A stretch of DNA of 63,220 nucleotides, counting the filler, from Welwitschia mirabilis (taxonomy: Eukaryota): NCBI GenBank assembly GCA_051453625.1. It is 3 parts of one record of this genome, joined end to end, with 100 filler letters (N's around TTAATTAATTAA, not from the genome) between each part and the next. Parts side by side here need not be neighbours in the genome. Positions count along the whole stretch, not along the records: positions 17,023 to 35,819 come from JBOZIK010000001.1; positions 35,920 to 63,220 come from JBOZIK010000001.1; 1 more part is not named here. The stretch is one strand, 5' to 3'. The first letter of the stretch is position 1, and every line of letters begins with the position of its first letter. Of this stretch, positions 25,601 through 38,900 are shown in pieces. Below the pieces are notes generated by a model. It was not told where the DNA came from and searched no databases. It saw only the letters and a program-made list of their open reading frames with translations. A program made the translations under genes and the position numbers.

Positions 25601-28600
25601 CTTAGAAAAAATGTGAAAGTGGTCTTAAATTTGTATCTTATATTAGTAAAACTTTATATAAGGCCCAATCCAACTATACTACTACTAAAAAAGAAATGCT
25701 TGCCATCATTTTTTATCTTGATCATCTTAGACAATATCTTCTTGAATTTCATACCAACATTTACATGAACCATATAGCCATATGCATCCTTATGAATGAG
25801 AAATATTCTAGTGCTAGACTTATTAGATGAATCCTTTTAATATAAGAATTCAATATTATAATCAGTTATAGGCTAGAAAACATAATAGTATTGTGGATCA
25901 ATTGTCTCTATTCTCTTATTCTCTTAATAAAACTCTAATCAATAATTCCTTTGTTGATGAACAATTATTTGTATTTAAATAAATTTATGCCATCTCCTCT
26001 ACTTATCTACTCCTTCATATGCTGATATTGTGAACTATCTTANNNNNNNNNNNNNNNNNNNNNNNNNNNNNNNNNNNNNNNNNNNTATAACTATTTTATT
26101 TAAGATTATGCTAATGTTTATAAACCCCTTTATTCTTTACTTGGAAAATAAGCTAAATTTATTTAAAATGACTTATGTTAACTTGATTTTGAAACCTTAA
26201 ATATAAAATTTCTTCTAAACCTATTGTAATGGTTCCTAATTGGACTAAAGATTTTGAACTTATATGTAATACTAGCAACATTACTGTGGATGGGGTTCTT
26301 AGAAAAAATGTAAAAATGGTCTTAAATTCATATCTTATCTTAGNNNNNNNNNNNNNNNNNNNNNNNNNNNNNNNNNNNNNNNNNNNNNNNNNNNNNNNNN
26401 NNNNNNNNNNNNNNNNNNNNNNNNNNNNNNNNNNNNNNNNNNNTTCTTAGAAAAAATGTAAAAATGGTCTTAAATTCATATCTTATCTTAGTAAAACTTT
26501 ATATAAGGCCCAATCCAACTACACTACTACTAAAAAATAAACTCTTGCCATCATGTTTTACCTTGATCATCTTAAACAATATCTTCTTGGATTTTATACC
26601 AACATTTGCATAAATCATATGGCCATATGCACCCTTATGACTAAGAAATATTCTAGTGCTAGAATTATTAGATGAATCCTTCTCATGTAAGAATTCAATA
26701 TTATGATTAATTATAAGCTAGAAAACATAATAATATTGTGGATCACTTGTCTCGATTCTCTTATTCTCTTAATGAAACTTCAATCAATAATTCCTTTGTT
26801 GATGANNNNNNNNNNTGAGCAATTATTTTTAGTTAAATAAATTTATGCCATCTCCTCTACTTATCCTACTTCTTTGTATGCTGATATTGTGAACTACCTT
26901 ATTACTGTAAAAACACCTTAACATTGGAACTATAACCAATGAAAATATTTTCTCTATAGGATTAGTTATTATAAGTGGAATGAATTCCATCTTTATCATA
27001 GATGCAAAGAGTAATTCATGTGTAAATATATGCCTAAATGTAAAAGCTAGATATACTTAACCTTTGTCATCATAGAATATATGAGAGGCACTTTAGTGAC
27101 TAAAATNNNNNNNNNNNNNNNNNNNNNNNNNNNNNNNNNNNNNNNNNNNNNNNNNNNNNNNNNNNNNNNNNNNNNNNNNNNNNNNNNNNNNNNNNNNNNN
27201 NNNNNNNNNNNNNNNNNNNNNNNNNNNNNNNNNNNNNNNNNNNNNNNNNNNNNNNNNNNNNNNNNNNNNNNNNNNNNNNNNNNNNNNNNNNNNNNNNNNN
27301 NNNNNNNNNNNNNNNNNNNNNNNNNNNNNNNNNNNNNNNNNNNNNNNNNNNNNNNNNNNNNNNNNNNNNNNNNNNNNNNNNNNNNNNNNNNNNNNNNNNN
27401 NNNNNNNNNNNNNNNNNNNNNNNNNNNNNNNNNNNNNNNNNNNNNNNNNNNNNNNNNNNNNNNNNNNNNNNNNNNNNNNNNNNNNNNNNNNNNNNNNNNN
27501 NNNNNNNNNNNNNNNNNNNNNNNNNNNNNNNNNNNNNNNNNNNNNNNNNNNNNNNNNNNNNNNNNNNNNNNNNNNNNNNNNNNNNNNNNNNNNNNNNNNN
27601 NNNNNNNNNNNNNNNNNNNNNNNNNNNNNNNNNNNNNNNNNNNNNNNNNNNNNNNNNNNNNNNNNNNNNNNNNNNNNNNNNNNNNNNNNNNNNNNNNNNN
27701 NNNNNNNNNNNNNNNNNNNNNNNNNNNNNNNNNNNNNNNNNNNNNNNNNNNNNNNNNNNNNNNNNNNNNNNNNNNNNNNNNNNNNNNNNNNNNNNNNNNN
27801 NNNNNNNNNNNNNNNNNNNNNNNNNNNNNNNNNNNNNNNNNNNNNNNNNNNNNNNNNNNNNNNNNNNNNNNNNNGTAGATTAAAGCTATTCCTCCTCCCA
27901 AAAATTATGTCTAACCTGTTTATAATTTCATCCAAACTCATATCTTCTAGTGTTTTGGTTTCTCTAGAATTATTATTAGTGATCAGAAAACTTATTTTAT
28001 CAATTACCTTTTTCAGAAATATCTTTCACCCATTAGAATTGGACATAGAATTGGATGTACTTATTATTTACAAACTAATGGCTAAACTAAAAATGCTAAT
28101 AGGGAAATTAAAAAGATGCTCTAAAAACTAATCTTTATCAATAAGAAAACTTGGGCTTTTAAACTTAAAGATGTTCTTTGGGCTTACCATACTACTTGGT
28201 AGAACTCTCTTGGTCTTCACCTTACAAAATTGTATATAGAAAGGTTTGTATCCTACTAATTGATGTTTTCTATAACTCCTATCGATTCACTTATTAACTT
28301 AATCTTGTAAAGTTAGAAAAAAATATTAAAACTTAATTAGTCCAACTTGATCATTTAGATGAAAATGTACCTATGCTATACATTGTTAATTCATTCATCA
28401 AGCCCATGCCAAGTTCAAACATGATAAAAAGATAATCCATAAGAAATTTGAACTAGGTCAACTAGTCCTTTTATACAATACCCAAGTGCATCTTTTACAC
28501 AACAATTTAACTTCTAAATGATTAGGTCCTTATCTTATAAGAAAAGTAAATCTTAATGGCTCAGTTAAAATCTCTAATCCAAATACTAGGGAAATTTAGA

Positions 28601-30868
28601 AAGTTAACAAACAAAGGTTGAAAATCTATGAATCATCCACTAATTAAACTTTAAACATGATAGAAGCACTTGGCTTAAAGGCCTCTCTTGATGAGGAAAA
28701 CTTTCCTCCTATGGCTGTCTCAATTCTTTCTTAGCTGATTCCTTGAGTAGACGTCATGCTACCAATTGAACATCTTTAACTTGACTTATGTATTACTTTG
28801 TGAAGTTAACATGATTAGTAGTCATTTACTTGGGCATTCCAAAGTAATAAGATTGAATTCATCCAATCTTAAGGCATTCATACATCTATGAACTTTATTT
28901 TAAAGGAAGATGCCTTGGTTTTTGTGTTCTTTCTCAATGGTATGGGAATTTAATTATTTGGACATGTTCTCATTTGTTTCATATCTTATTACTTTACCCT
29001 TATACTTACAAGTACTNNNNNNNNNNNNNNNNNNNNNNNNNNNNNNNNNNNNNNNNNNNNNNNNNNNNNNNNNNNNNNNNNNNNNNNNNNNNNNNNNNNN
29101 NNNNNNNNNNNNNNNNNNNNNNNNNNNNNNNNNNNNNNNNNNNNNNNNNNNNNNNNNNNNNNNNNNNNNNNNNNNNNNNNNNNNNNNNNNNNNNNNNNNN
29201 NNNNNNNNNNNNNNNNNNNNNNNNNNNNNNNNNNNNNNNNNNNNNNNNNNNNNNNNNNNNNNNNNNNNNNNNNNNNNNNNNNNNNNNNNNNNNNNNNNNN
29301 NNNNNNNNNNNNNNNNNNNNNNNNNNNNNNNNNNNNNNNNNNNNNNNNNNNNNNNNNNNNNNNNNNNNNNNNNNNNNNNNNNNNNNNNNNNNNNNNNNNN
29401 NNNNNNNNNNNNNNNNNNNNNNNNNNNNNNNNNNNNNNNNNNNNNNNNNNNNNNNNNNNNNNNNNNNNNNNNNNNNNNNNNNNNNNNNNNNNNNNNNNNN
29501 NNNNNNNNNNNNNNNNNNNNNNNNNNNNNNNNNNNNNNNNNNNNNNNNNNNNNNNNNNNNNNNNNNNNNNNNNNNNNNNNNNNNNNNNNNNNNNNNNNNN
29601 NNNNNNNNNNNNNNNNNNNNNNNNNNNNNNNNNNNNNNNNNNNNNNNNNNNNNNNNNNNNNNNNNNNNNNNNNNNNNNATTATTAGTAGTCATTTACTTG
29701 GGCATTCCAAAGTAATAAGATAGAATTCATCTAATCTTAAGGCATTCATACATCTATGAACTTTATTTTAAAGAAAGATGCCTTGGTTCTTGTATTCTCT
29801 CTCAATGGTATGAGACTTTAATTATTTGGGTATGTTCTCATTTGTTTCATATCTTATTACTTTACCCTTATCCTTACAAGTCCTTAGTCATGTAGACTTC
29901 TATTTTAATTCAAAAAAAAGAAAAGCAAAAGATAGAGAGAGAGAGANNNNNNNNNNNNNNNNNNNNNNNNNNNNNNNNNNNNNNNNNNNNNNNNNNNNNN
30001 NNNNNNNNNNNNNNNNNNNNNNNNAGGAGAAGTTGTCTTTTATTTAAAATAAACCATGATTGCCTATTACAAGTGCACTTGGGAAAATTTTCTCAAGAGG
30101 AATCTTTGGTAGTGCAATATAGTAGCTATGAAAACTCAATTAAGGGATCAGTTGGACATGATTTATGAGTTATTACATCTATAATAGTGGTTGTAGTTCC
30201 TTTCTCATAGAAATAATTATCACTTAGAGGCTACAGGATTAGTGATGGCCATGGTATCATTAGATTCATTGCTTATTTTCTAGATTCATTTTGTATATAG
30301 TACTTCTACATGACCATTTTACTTTTTTAGATTGTAGTGTAATATTTGGTGTGTAAGAAGGTAAATCCATTTTTGAGTGGTGTTTAATCTTATCATTTAT
30401 TGATTATGAACATTAGATTCTTTAACATTATCATAATCGTTGTTTATTCAAGTAATANNNNNNNNNNNNNNNNNNNNNNNNNNNNNNNNNNNNNNNNNNN
30501 NNNNNNNNNNNNNNNNNNNNNNNNNNNNNNNNNNNNNNNNNNNNNNNNNNNNNNNNNAAATAATTATCACTTAGAGGCTATGAAATTAGTGATGGCCATG
30601 GTGTCATTAGATTCATTGCTTATTTTCTAGATTCATTTTGTATACAGTACTTCTACATGACCATTGTAGTGTAATATTTGGTGTGTAAGAAGGTAAATCC
30701 ATTTCTAAGTGGTGTTTGATCTTATCATTTATTGATTATGAACATTAGATTCTTTAACATTATCATAATCATTGCCTATTCAAGTAATACTTTATAAATT
30801 TATATGTCTTATCATACATTATTAATCAGGTGATTTTATGATTTTTACCAAGGGTGTTTGTTAGGTTA
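19687..30868 (+). mobile_element. Athila-like Ty3/gypsy element (decayed): LTR 3' part to 20270, PBS, gag, protease, RT, RNase H, integrase, 3' spacer
   Basis: LTR end TTGCAACA followed by TTTTGGCACTATTTTCAGGAA (decayed TGGCGCCGTTGCCGGGGA) at 20271-20292. Protease LIDIGASVNIMP at about 23133, RT LRMCINFRNLNEVTKKDHFSLPFLDQVL at about 24817-24900, RNase H PNWTKDFELIC, and integrase remnants to about 28640. Many stops and frameshifts. Confidence 0.85.
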
Positions 30869-33382
30869 NNNNNNNNNNNNNNNNNNNNNNNNNNNNNNNN
30901 NNNNNNNNNNNNNNNNNNNNNNNNNNNNNNNNNNNNNNNNNNNNNNNNNNNNNNNNNNNNNNNNNNNNNNNNNNNNNNNNNNNNNNNNNNNNNNNNNNNN
31001 NNNNNNNNNNNNNNNNNNNNNNNNNNNNNNNNNNNNNNNNNNNNNNNNNNNNNNNNNNNNNNNNNNNNNNNNNNNNNNNNNNNNNNNNNNNNNNNNNNNN
31101 NNNNNNNNNNNNNNNNNNNNNNNNNNNNNNNNNNNNNNNNNNNNNNNNNNNNNNNNNNNNNNNNNNNNNNNNNNNNNNNNNNNNNNNNNNNNNNNNNNNN
31201 NNNNNNNNNNNNNNNNNNNNNNNNNNNNNNNNNNNNNNNNNNNNNNNNNNNNNNNNNNNNNNNNNNNNNNNNNNNNNNNNNNNNNNNNNNNNNNNNNNNN
31301 NNNNNNNNNNNNNNNNNNNNNNNNNNNNNNNNNNNNNNNNNNNNNNNNNNNNNNNNNNNNNNNNNNNNNNNNNNNNNNNNNNNNNNNNNNNNNNNNNNNN
31401 NNNNNNNNNNNNNNNNNNNNNNNNNNNNNNNNNNNNNNNNNNNNNNNNNNNNNNNNNNNNNNNNNNNNNNNNNNNNNNNNNNNNNNNNNNNNNNNNNNNN
31501 NNNNNNNNNNNNNNNNNNNNNNNNNNNNNNNNNNNNNNNNNNNNNNNNNNNNNNNNNNNNNNNNNNNNNNNNNNNNNNNNNNNNNNNNNNNNNNNNNNNN
31601 NNNNNNNNNNNNNNNNNNNNNNNNNNNNNNNNNNNNNNNNNNNNNNNNNNNNNNNNNNNACTAAAGAATTTGTCATAGAATCAGAAGAAATATAGACTAT
31701 AAGGGGCAAGTAAAAAAATAAGCATAAGAAAATAGAAAAGAGTTATTTGAATTAATTTTAAACCAACATCTATGTTATAAAGCAGTCGCACCTCAATGAA
31801 GGAAGCACAACCCAACACCAAGGAATACGTCTCTCTACAGCTATAATGGATGGATTTCTAGCCCTTTAATATCCTATTACAAGAATTTCCAATGTAAGTA
31901 AATACAAGTAGGAGTCAAGAGCAAAGTCAATAGTTATTAATAAAAATAAAATCATAAATAAACAAGAGAAACAGACATGAGTATAACCCTAATAACTACA
32001 TAAGAACCACAAAGACAATGGCAAAAGTTAATGAAGTCTAGTAGAGCATTATTTTAGATGTCATCCTCTTGGTTGTCTAGATGATACAAAGGAAAAAATA
32101 CCATCTCATAAGAATTCCATGTCATCTGCCAAATTGACTCAAGTTAGCATCCTTGTTAGTTTAAATGTTTTATCATTTGTATAGTTGTCCAGACAATGAG
32201 GTGGATGATAGGATTTTTACAAGTGTCCATGTATTGCATCAACCTTAATATTTGCAAAACGTTTACTTAAAAATAGAAAATATTGTAAATTACTTTAAAT
32301 GCTGTAAANNNNNNNNNNNNNNNNNNNNNNNNNNNNNNNNNNNNNNNNNNNNNNNNNNNNNNNNNNNNNNNNNNNNNNNNNNNNNNNNNNNNNNNNNNNN
32401 NNNNNNNNNNNNNNNNNNNNNNNNNNNNNNATTTGGTAGTGTAACATAGCCCTTTCTTTAATCTTGTCAGTTCCTCACAAAACTAGGCAGTTAACCATGA
32501 TTGTGAACCAACTTGTTCAATACTAAAAACAACCAAGGTATTAAAAAATTTTCAAAAATCTCAGAGATACATATTAAATTGTGTAAAATTAGAAAACTAA
32601 ATGTTTTACCTAATTGAGTTATTAATCATACCATCATCTAGATTATTGTTTGGATGATATNNNNNNNNNNNNNNNNNNNNNNNNNNNNNNNNNNNNNNNN
32701 NNNNNNNNNNNNNNNNNNNNNNNNNNNNNNNNNNNNNNNNNNNNNNNNNNNNNNNNNNNNNNNNNNNNNNNNNNNNNNNNNNNNNNNNNNNNNNNNNNNN
32801 NNNNNNNNNNNNNNNNNNNNNNNNNNNNNNNNNNNNNNNNNNNNNNNNNNNNNNNNNNNNNNNNNNNNNNNNNNNNNNNNNNNNNNNNNNNNNNNNNNNN
32901 NNNNNNNNNNNNNNNNNNNNNNNNNNNNNNNNNNNNNNNNNNNNNNNNNNNNNNNNNNNNNNNNNNNNNNNNNNNNNNNNNNNNNNNNNNNNNNNNNNNN
33001 NNNNNNNNNNNNNNNNNNNNNNNNNNNNNNNNNNNNNNNNNNNNNNNNNNNNNNNNNNNNNNNNNNNNNNNNNNNNNNNNNNNNNNNNNNNNNNNNNNNN
33101 NNNNNNNNNNCTAATTGAGTTATTAATCATACCATCATCTAGATTATTGTTTGGATGATATGTGGAAAGATTAAAAATTATTCTTGAAAAATAGGAACCT
33201 ACAACAGAATTTTTCAAATAGATAATCAATAAATATGCTAATAATTAAAAGTCCCTTACTGAAATGTATAGTAAATAAATAAAAAGATCATGACAAACAT
33301 AATTAATCCCCATTATGAAATGTTAAAAGAAGAATAAGCATGAAAATCAAATAGAAGTACATCATGATGAACTTAAAATAAG

Positions 33383-33386
<4 letters not shown>

Positions 33387-33424
<38 letters not shown>
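33387..33424. repeat. (GT)n microsatellite, about 19 units
   Basis: Directly visible. Confidence 0.95.
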
Positions 33425-33429
<5 letters not shown>

Positions 33430-35819
33430 CATAAGTTTTAGTACAAAAATGTATAAAAGGAAAGATACAAAATATGATAAAAATCAATCCCTTCAATATT
33501 ACATGATAAATTTTGTATGGGAAATAGGCTCAAATGTAGGAGGAGAAGATGGAGGATGCTTAGGTTCTATAGGAAAACAAAGATACAATGATGGAGAAAT
33601 GGAGCGAACCATCTTGTCTCCCTGTACATAGACTAATTCTGGAAGGTCAACTATCACACTCTACTCCATGGATATGATGCCTGATGTACATTGACTATAT
33701 GCTCCTTAGAGTACTAGACTCTTTTCTCAACTATTTAGATGCTCTGTTTAATGTCTAGATCCTTTGATCAAGCATATGAATACCTTGATTGGTAAAACCC
33801 ATAATGATCTTAGTGGTCTCTACAAGGAGGCCCTTGATCTGCTTTACTGTAACTTNNNNNNNNNNNNNNNNNNNNNNNNNNNNNNNNNNNNNNNNNNNNN
33901 NNNNNNNNNNNNNNNNNNNNNNNNNNNNNNNNNNNNNNNNNNNNNNNNNNNNNNNNNNNNNNNNNNNNNNNNNNNNNNNNNNNNNNNNNNNNNNNNNNNN
34001 NNNNNNNNNNNNNNNNNNNNNNNNNNNNNNNNNNNNNNNNNNNNNNNNNNNNNNNNNNNNNNNNNNNNNNNNNNNNNNNNNNNNNNNNNNNNNNNNNNNN
34101 NNNNNNNNNNNNNNNNNNNNNNNNNNNNNNNNNNNNNNNNNNNNNNNNNNNNNNNNNNNNNNNNNNNNNNNNNNNNNNNNNNNNNNNNNNNNNNNNNNNN
34201 NGAAGGAGTTCACTATGTGACAAGAATACCTCGCTTATCTAGCATCAAATCTATTGAGATGTCAAGTGTTATCCTAGATGTATGGCACTTCTCTATATCT
34301 CCAGTAGAATAAATTTGTAGACTCCCAAAACCACCTAGATTTGTAACCATTGCAATGTAGTTTGTAAGTACAACCATCTCATTGTCCTATATATAAGCTA
34401 CAATCATGTATATGAGGTAGCCATAAGAATCTAGTTGTCACTTTTTATGCATTATGTTATAAAACTCCTTNNNNNNNNNNNNNNNNNNNNNNNNNNNNNN
34501 NNNNNNNNNNNNNNNNNNNNNNNNNNNNNNNNNNNNNNNNNNNNNNNNNNNNNNNNNNNNNNNNNNNNNNCATTAGATTCTTTAACATTATCATAATCGT
34601 TGTTTATTCAAGTAATACTTTATAAATTTGTATGTCTTGTCATGCATTATTAATTAGGTGATTTTATGATTTTTACCAAGGATGTTTGTTAGGTTAGAAT
34701 TTAGGTAGGAAAAAAATATTCTTCATATTTCTATTTTTCCATTTTTATTTTGTTTTCCTTAGTTGTTTTGTTTGGTATTTCAAAGTTATTTTCATACGTT
34801 TTCAACATAATTATTGTAGTTCATATTTATGCAAGCATTATGCTCCTAAGGAGATCCTGTGATTCACAAATATATATAGATTTTACATAATACAACATAC
34901 TAATATAAATAGGAGTGGACTCGAATGTCATAATCTATTAAAGGCATAAGCTAGAAGAAAGAGAATTAACTTCAAGATGAAATACTTACATATTTTAATA
35001 GTAAAAATAAAATGCAATGCAAAAAATAATAATGCAAACATACTTATGTAAACTTAATCTAGAAAAGAAAAAGATAATGCACCTAATCTAATAATGCTCA
35101 ACCTTAATAAAGTTTTCCCTCATAATCTGTATCACTAAAGAATTTGTTACAGAATCAGAAGAAATATAGACTATAAGGGACAAGTAAAAAAATAAGCATA
35201 AGAAAATAGAAAAGAGTTATTTGAATTAATTTCAAACCAACATCTATGTTATAAAGCAGTTGCACCTCAATGAAGGAAGCACAACCTAACACCAAGGAAG
35301 ACGTATCTCTATAGCTACAATGGATGAATTTATGGCCCTCCAATATCCTATTACAAGAATTTCCAATGTAAGTAAATACAAGTAGGAGTCAAGGGCAAAG
35401 TCAATAGTTGTTGACAAAAACAAACTCACAAATAAACAAGAGAAACACGCATGAGTATAATCCTAATAACTACATAAGAACCACAAAGACAAATGGCAAA
35501 AGTTAATGAAGTTTAGTAGAGCATTATTTCATATGTCATCCTGTTGGTTGTCTAGATGATACAGAGGACAAAATACCACCTCATAAAATTCCATGTCATC
35601 TGCCAAATTGACTCAAGTCAGCATCCTTGTTGATTTAAATGTTTTATCATTTGTATAGTTGTCCAGACAACGAGATGGATGATAGGCTTTTTACAAGTGT
35701 CCATGTATTGCATCAATCTTAATATTTACAAAAAGTTTACTTCAAAATAGAAAATATTGTAAACTAATTTAAATGCTGTAAAATATCATGAAGAGTGCAT
35801 GTTTTTAGTATCAGCTTTC

Positions 35820-35919
35820 NNNNNNNNNNNNNNNNNNNNNNNNNNNNNNNNNNNNNNNNNNNNTTAATTAATTAANNNNNNNNNNNNNNNNNNNNNNNNN
35901 NNNNNNNNNNNNNNNNNNN
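35820..35919. other. Artificial scaffold linker (44 N + TTAATTAATTAA + 44 N)
   Basis: 12-mer at 35864-35875, with the same geometry as the first linker. Confidence 0.95.
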
Positions 35920-38900
35920 GATGAGGCATGGATACCTCAGAGTCTTTAACTACCATGCCTCGACCATTAACTTGAGTATCTTTTAAATAAATATTAGTGA
36001 ATCCCTCTATCCATCCTACTTGAATGCTGCTAATATTTGCAAGTACGTGACTATAGCATGGCTATCATGAAATGATGAAATGATGTTGTGGATCAGCCCT
36101 CTATGTAATACTCTATAGGAAGGAGTTCACTATGTGACAAGAATACCTTGCCTATCTAGCATCAAGTCTATTGAGATGTCAAGTGTTATCCTTGATGTAT
36201 GACACTTCTCTATATCTCTAGTAGAATAAATGTGTAAACTCCCAAAACCACCTATATTGTAACTGTTGCAATGTGGTTTGTAAGTACAACCATCTCGTGG
36301 TCCTATATAGAAGCTACAATCATGTCCATAAGGTGACCACAAGAATCTAGTTATCACTCTATATGCATTATGTTATAGAACTCCTTAGTCTCTGGTACAT
36401 AATATGTTTCGTGTGCATTTAGAATCCATTGGAGTGGTAAATATGAGAGATTCTAATCAACCTTTGGACCTAGTATATTCATGAAATATCCAAGGTAACT
36501 CTTGTTGTGGATAGTGGCAGTCCAAACGGTAAGTAATTGTATGTGTTAAGGTGGGGGATGCAAGGGCTTCACATGCTCTACCTCTAGCGGCAGTAATGGA
36601 CCTGCCTTCTATTCTATAGGTTCAGCCTCAACCTTAGCCTATCTATCTCTATGTGTATGGAGCCTACTTAGTCAAAAATATGCAAAAGATTTACATGAGA
36701 TCGGATAAACAAGCTAAGTACATCACATAGATGCTCAACAATGACCTCTAACATTGATTAAAAAAATGTAAAAAAATGATAAAAATACATGATTTAATCC
36801 CTANNNNNNNNNNNNNNNNNCATATTACCTAGTTCTAAGAAGAAAATTTTGAAATGTGTGAAAAATGGAAATTTTTTTTAAGTTGGCCCCACATAAGGTA
36901 AAAATTCAAAGTGCTCGAATGAAAAATATAATCTAGTAGAATCATAGAATACATTAAATTGATTAATTTACTCTAAAGGATCACTACATTTTGATCTACA
37001 GTTTGTAAGTAATTGAGTGTAAAAGATAAAAGCCTAAATTTTTCTCATAAAACATATAATTAATTATATTTTGTAAAATACATGGTGAAAATAAAATCCA
37101 TAAGTTCAAATTGAAGAGCACGAAAAAGTGATTAACATACATGAAAACTACACATCGAAAGGATAAAAAAGGTAAAAAAATTAAAATGAAGAGGAAACGA
37201 AAAACATACCTCATTTTTAGAAATTTACTGAAATTTGGCAAATCTGGAAGTGGATCTCGTAAAGATAAGTTCCAGTGTAAGGGCAAGAACTAGGGGAGTT
37301 ATCACCTCTTAGAGGAATAAATGAAAATAAAGAAAAATAAGGAACAAAGGGTTTGACTACAGTTTTATCACATTGGCATTTGGTTGCATTGTTTGGATGA
37401 CAGCCCTANNNNNNNNNNNNNNNNNNNNNNNNNNNNNNNNNNNNNNNNNNNNNNNNNNNNNNNNNNNNNNNNNNNNNNNNNNNNNNNNNNNNNNNNNNNN
37501 NNNNNNNNATAAAACATATAATTAATCATATTTTGTAAAATACATGGTGAAAATCAAATCCATAAGTTCAAATTGAAGAGCACGAAAAAGTGATTAACAT
37601 ACATGAAAAATACAAATTGAAATGCTAAAAAAGGAAAAAAAAATTAAAATGAAGAGGAAAAGAAAAACATAACTCATTTTTAGAAATTTACTGAAATTTG
37701 ACAAATCTGGAAGTGAATCTCATAGGGATAAGTTCCAGTGCAAGGGCAAGAACTAGGGAAGTTATCATCTCTTAAAGGAATAAATGAAAATAATGATAAA
37801 ATAAAGAAAAATAAGAAACAAAGGGTTTGACTACAGTTTTATCACACTGGTGTTTGGTTGCATTGTTTGGATGACAGCTCTAGAATGAATCTCAAAAAAA
37901 GTCAGACTATCATCCATCTGTATCATCTAGATGATCATGTGGATGATAGAACTTTGAAAAATTTTAAAAAAATAAACATCTCAACTAAGAAAGTTAGGCT
38001 CAGATATTATCATAAAGGTATGAGAATTTATCAGAAAGCTTGAAAAAATAGGAAATGAGAAAGAATTATGAAAATTAGAATGAAGTAGAAAACTCAAAAT
38101 AAATGAAAACCAGGGCAAATAAAAACATATTACCTAGGTTAAGACCTAATACGCAAAACTAAATAGAGGTGCTCGAACTAAANNNNNNNNNNGTGTAGGC
38201 TCCAAAAGATACAAGGAATATCATAAAAACTATTGAAGCATGAGATATTTTTTTTAAAATTTAATGTTAAAACAAAATTATGTGGAGTGAATGAGTAATA
38301 AGAAAACTACTAAATGATAAGATTTTATGTGAAGATGAGAAAATGTGGAAATTACTTTAAAATAACAAATTGAAAATCCAAAGAAAAGTAGAATGAAAAT
38401 AAACACAAGGAACATGAAGAAGATTAATTACCTATTATAAATTCTAACTTAGAAAACCCCCATGAAAGACATCATAAAGCTATCTGAGTAAAAATGCATG
38501 ATAAAATTATAAACTTCCTAAAGTTTCACTTGAAAAGGTAATGATTATGACAATACCAAAGATTTAAGTGCTTAGAATAATGAATGATAAGATGNNNNNN
38601 NNNNNNNNNNNNNNNNNNNNNNNNNNNNNNNNNNNNNNNNNNNNNNNNNNNNNNNNNNNNNNNNNNNNNNNNNNNNNNNNNNNNNNNNNNNNNNGATAAG
38701 ATGAAATGCTATAAAAGTTGAACTTACTTGCTCACATCCCAAAACACAATAGAATATTCAAAAGTGAAATGATCATATGGGAATACTAAAAGTCTAGAAA
38801 ACAACCAATGCCTTTGATGATACTAATAACACCATGGATCCCATAGCCTCAAATTTTATTACAACATTTCTATGATGAGGGGAGTGCAACCATAGTCAAA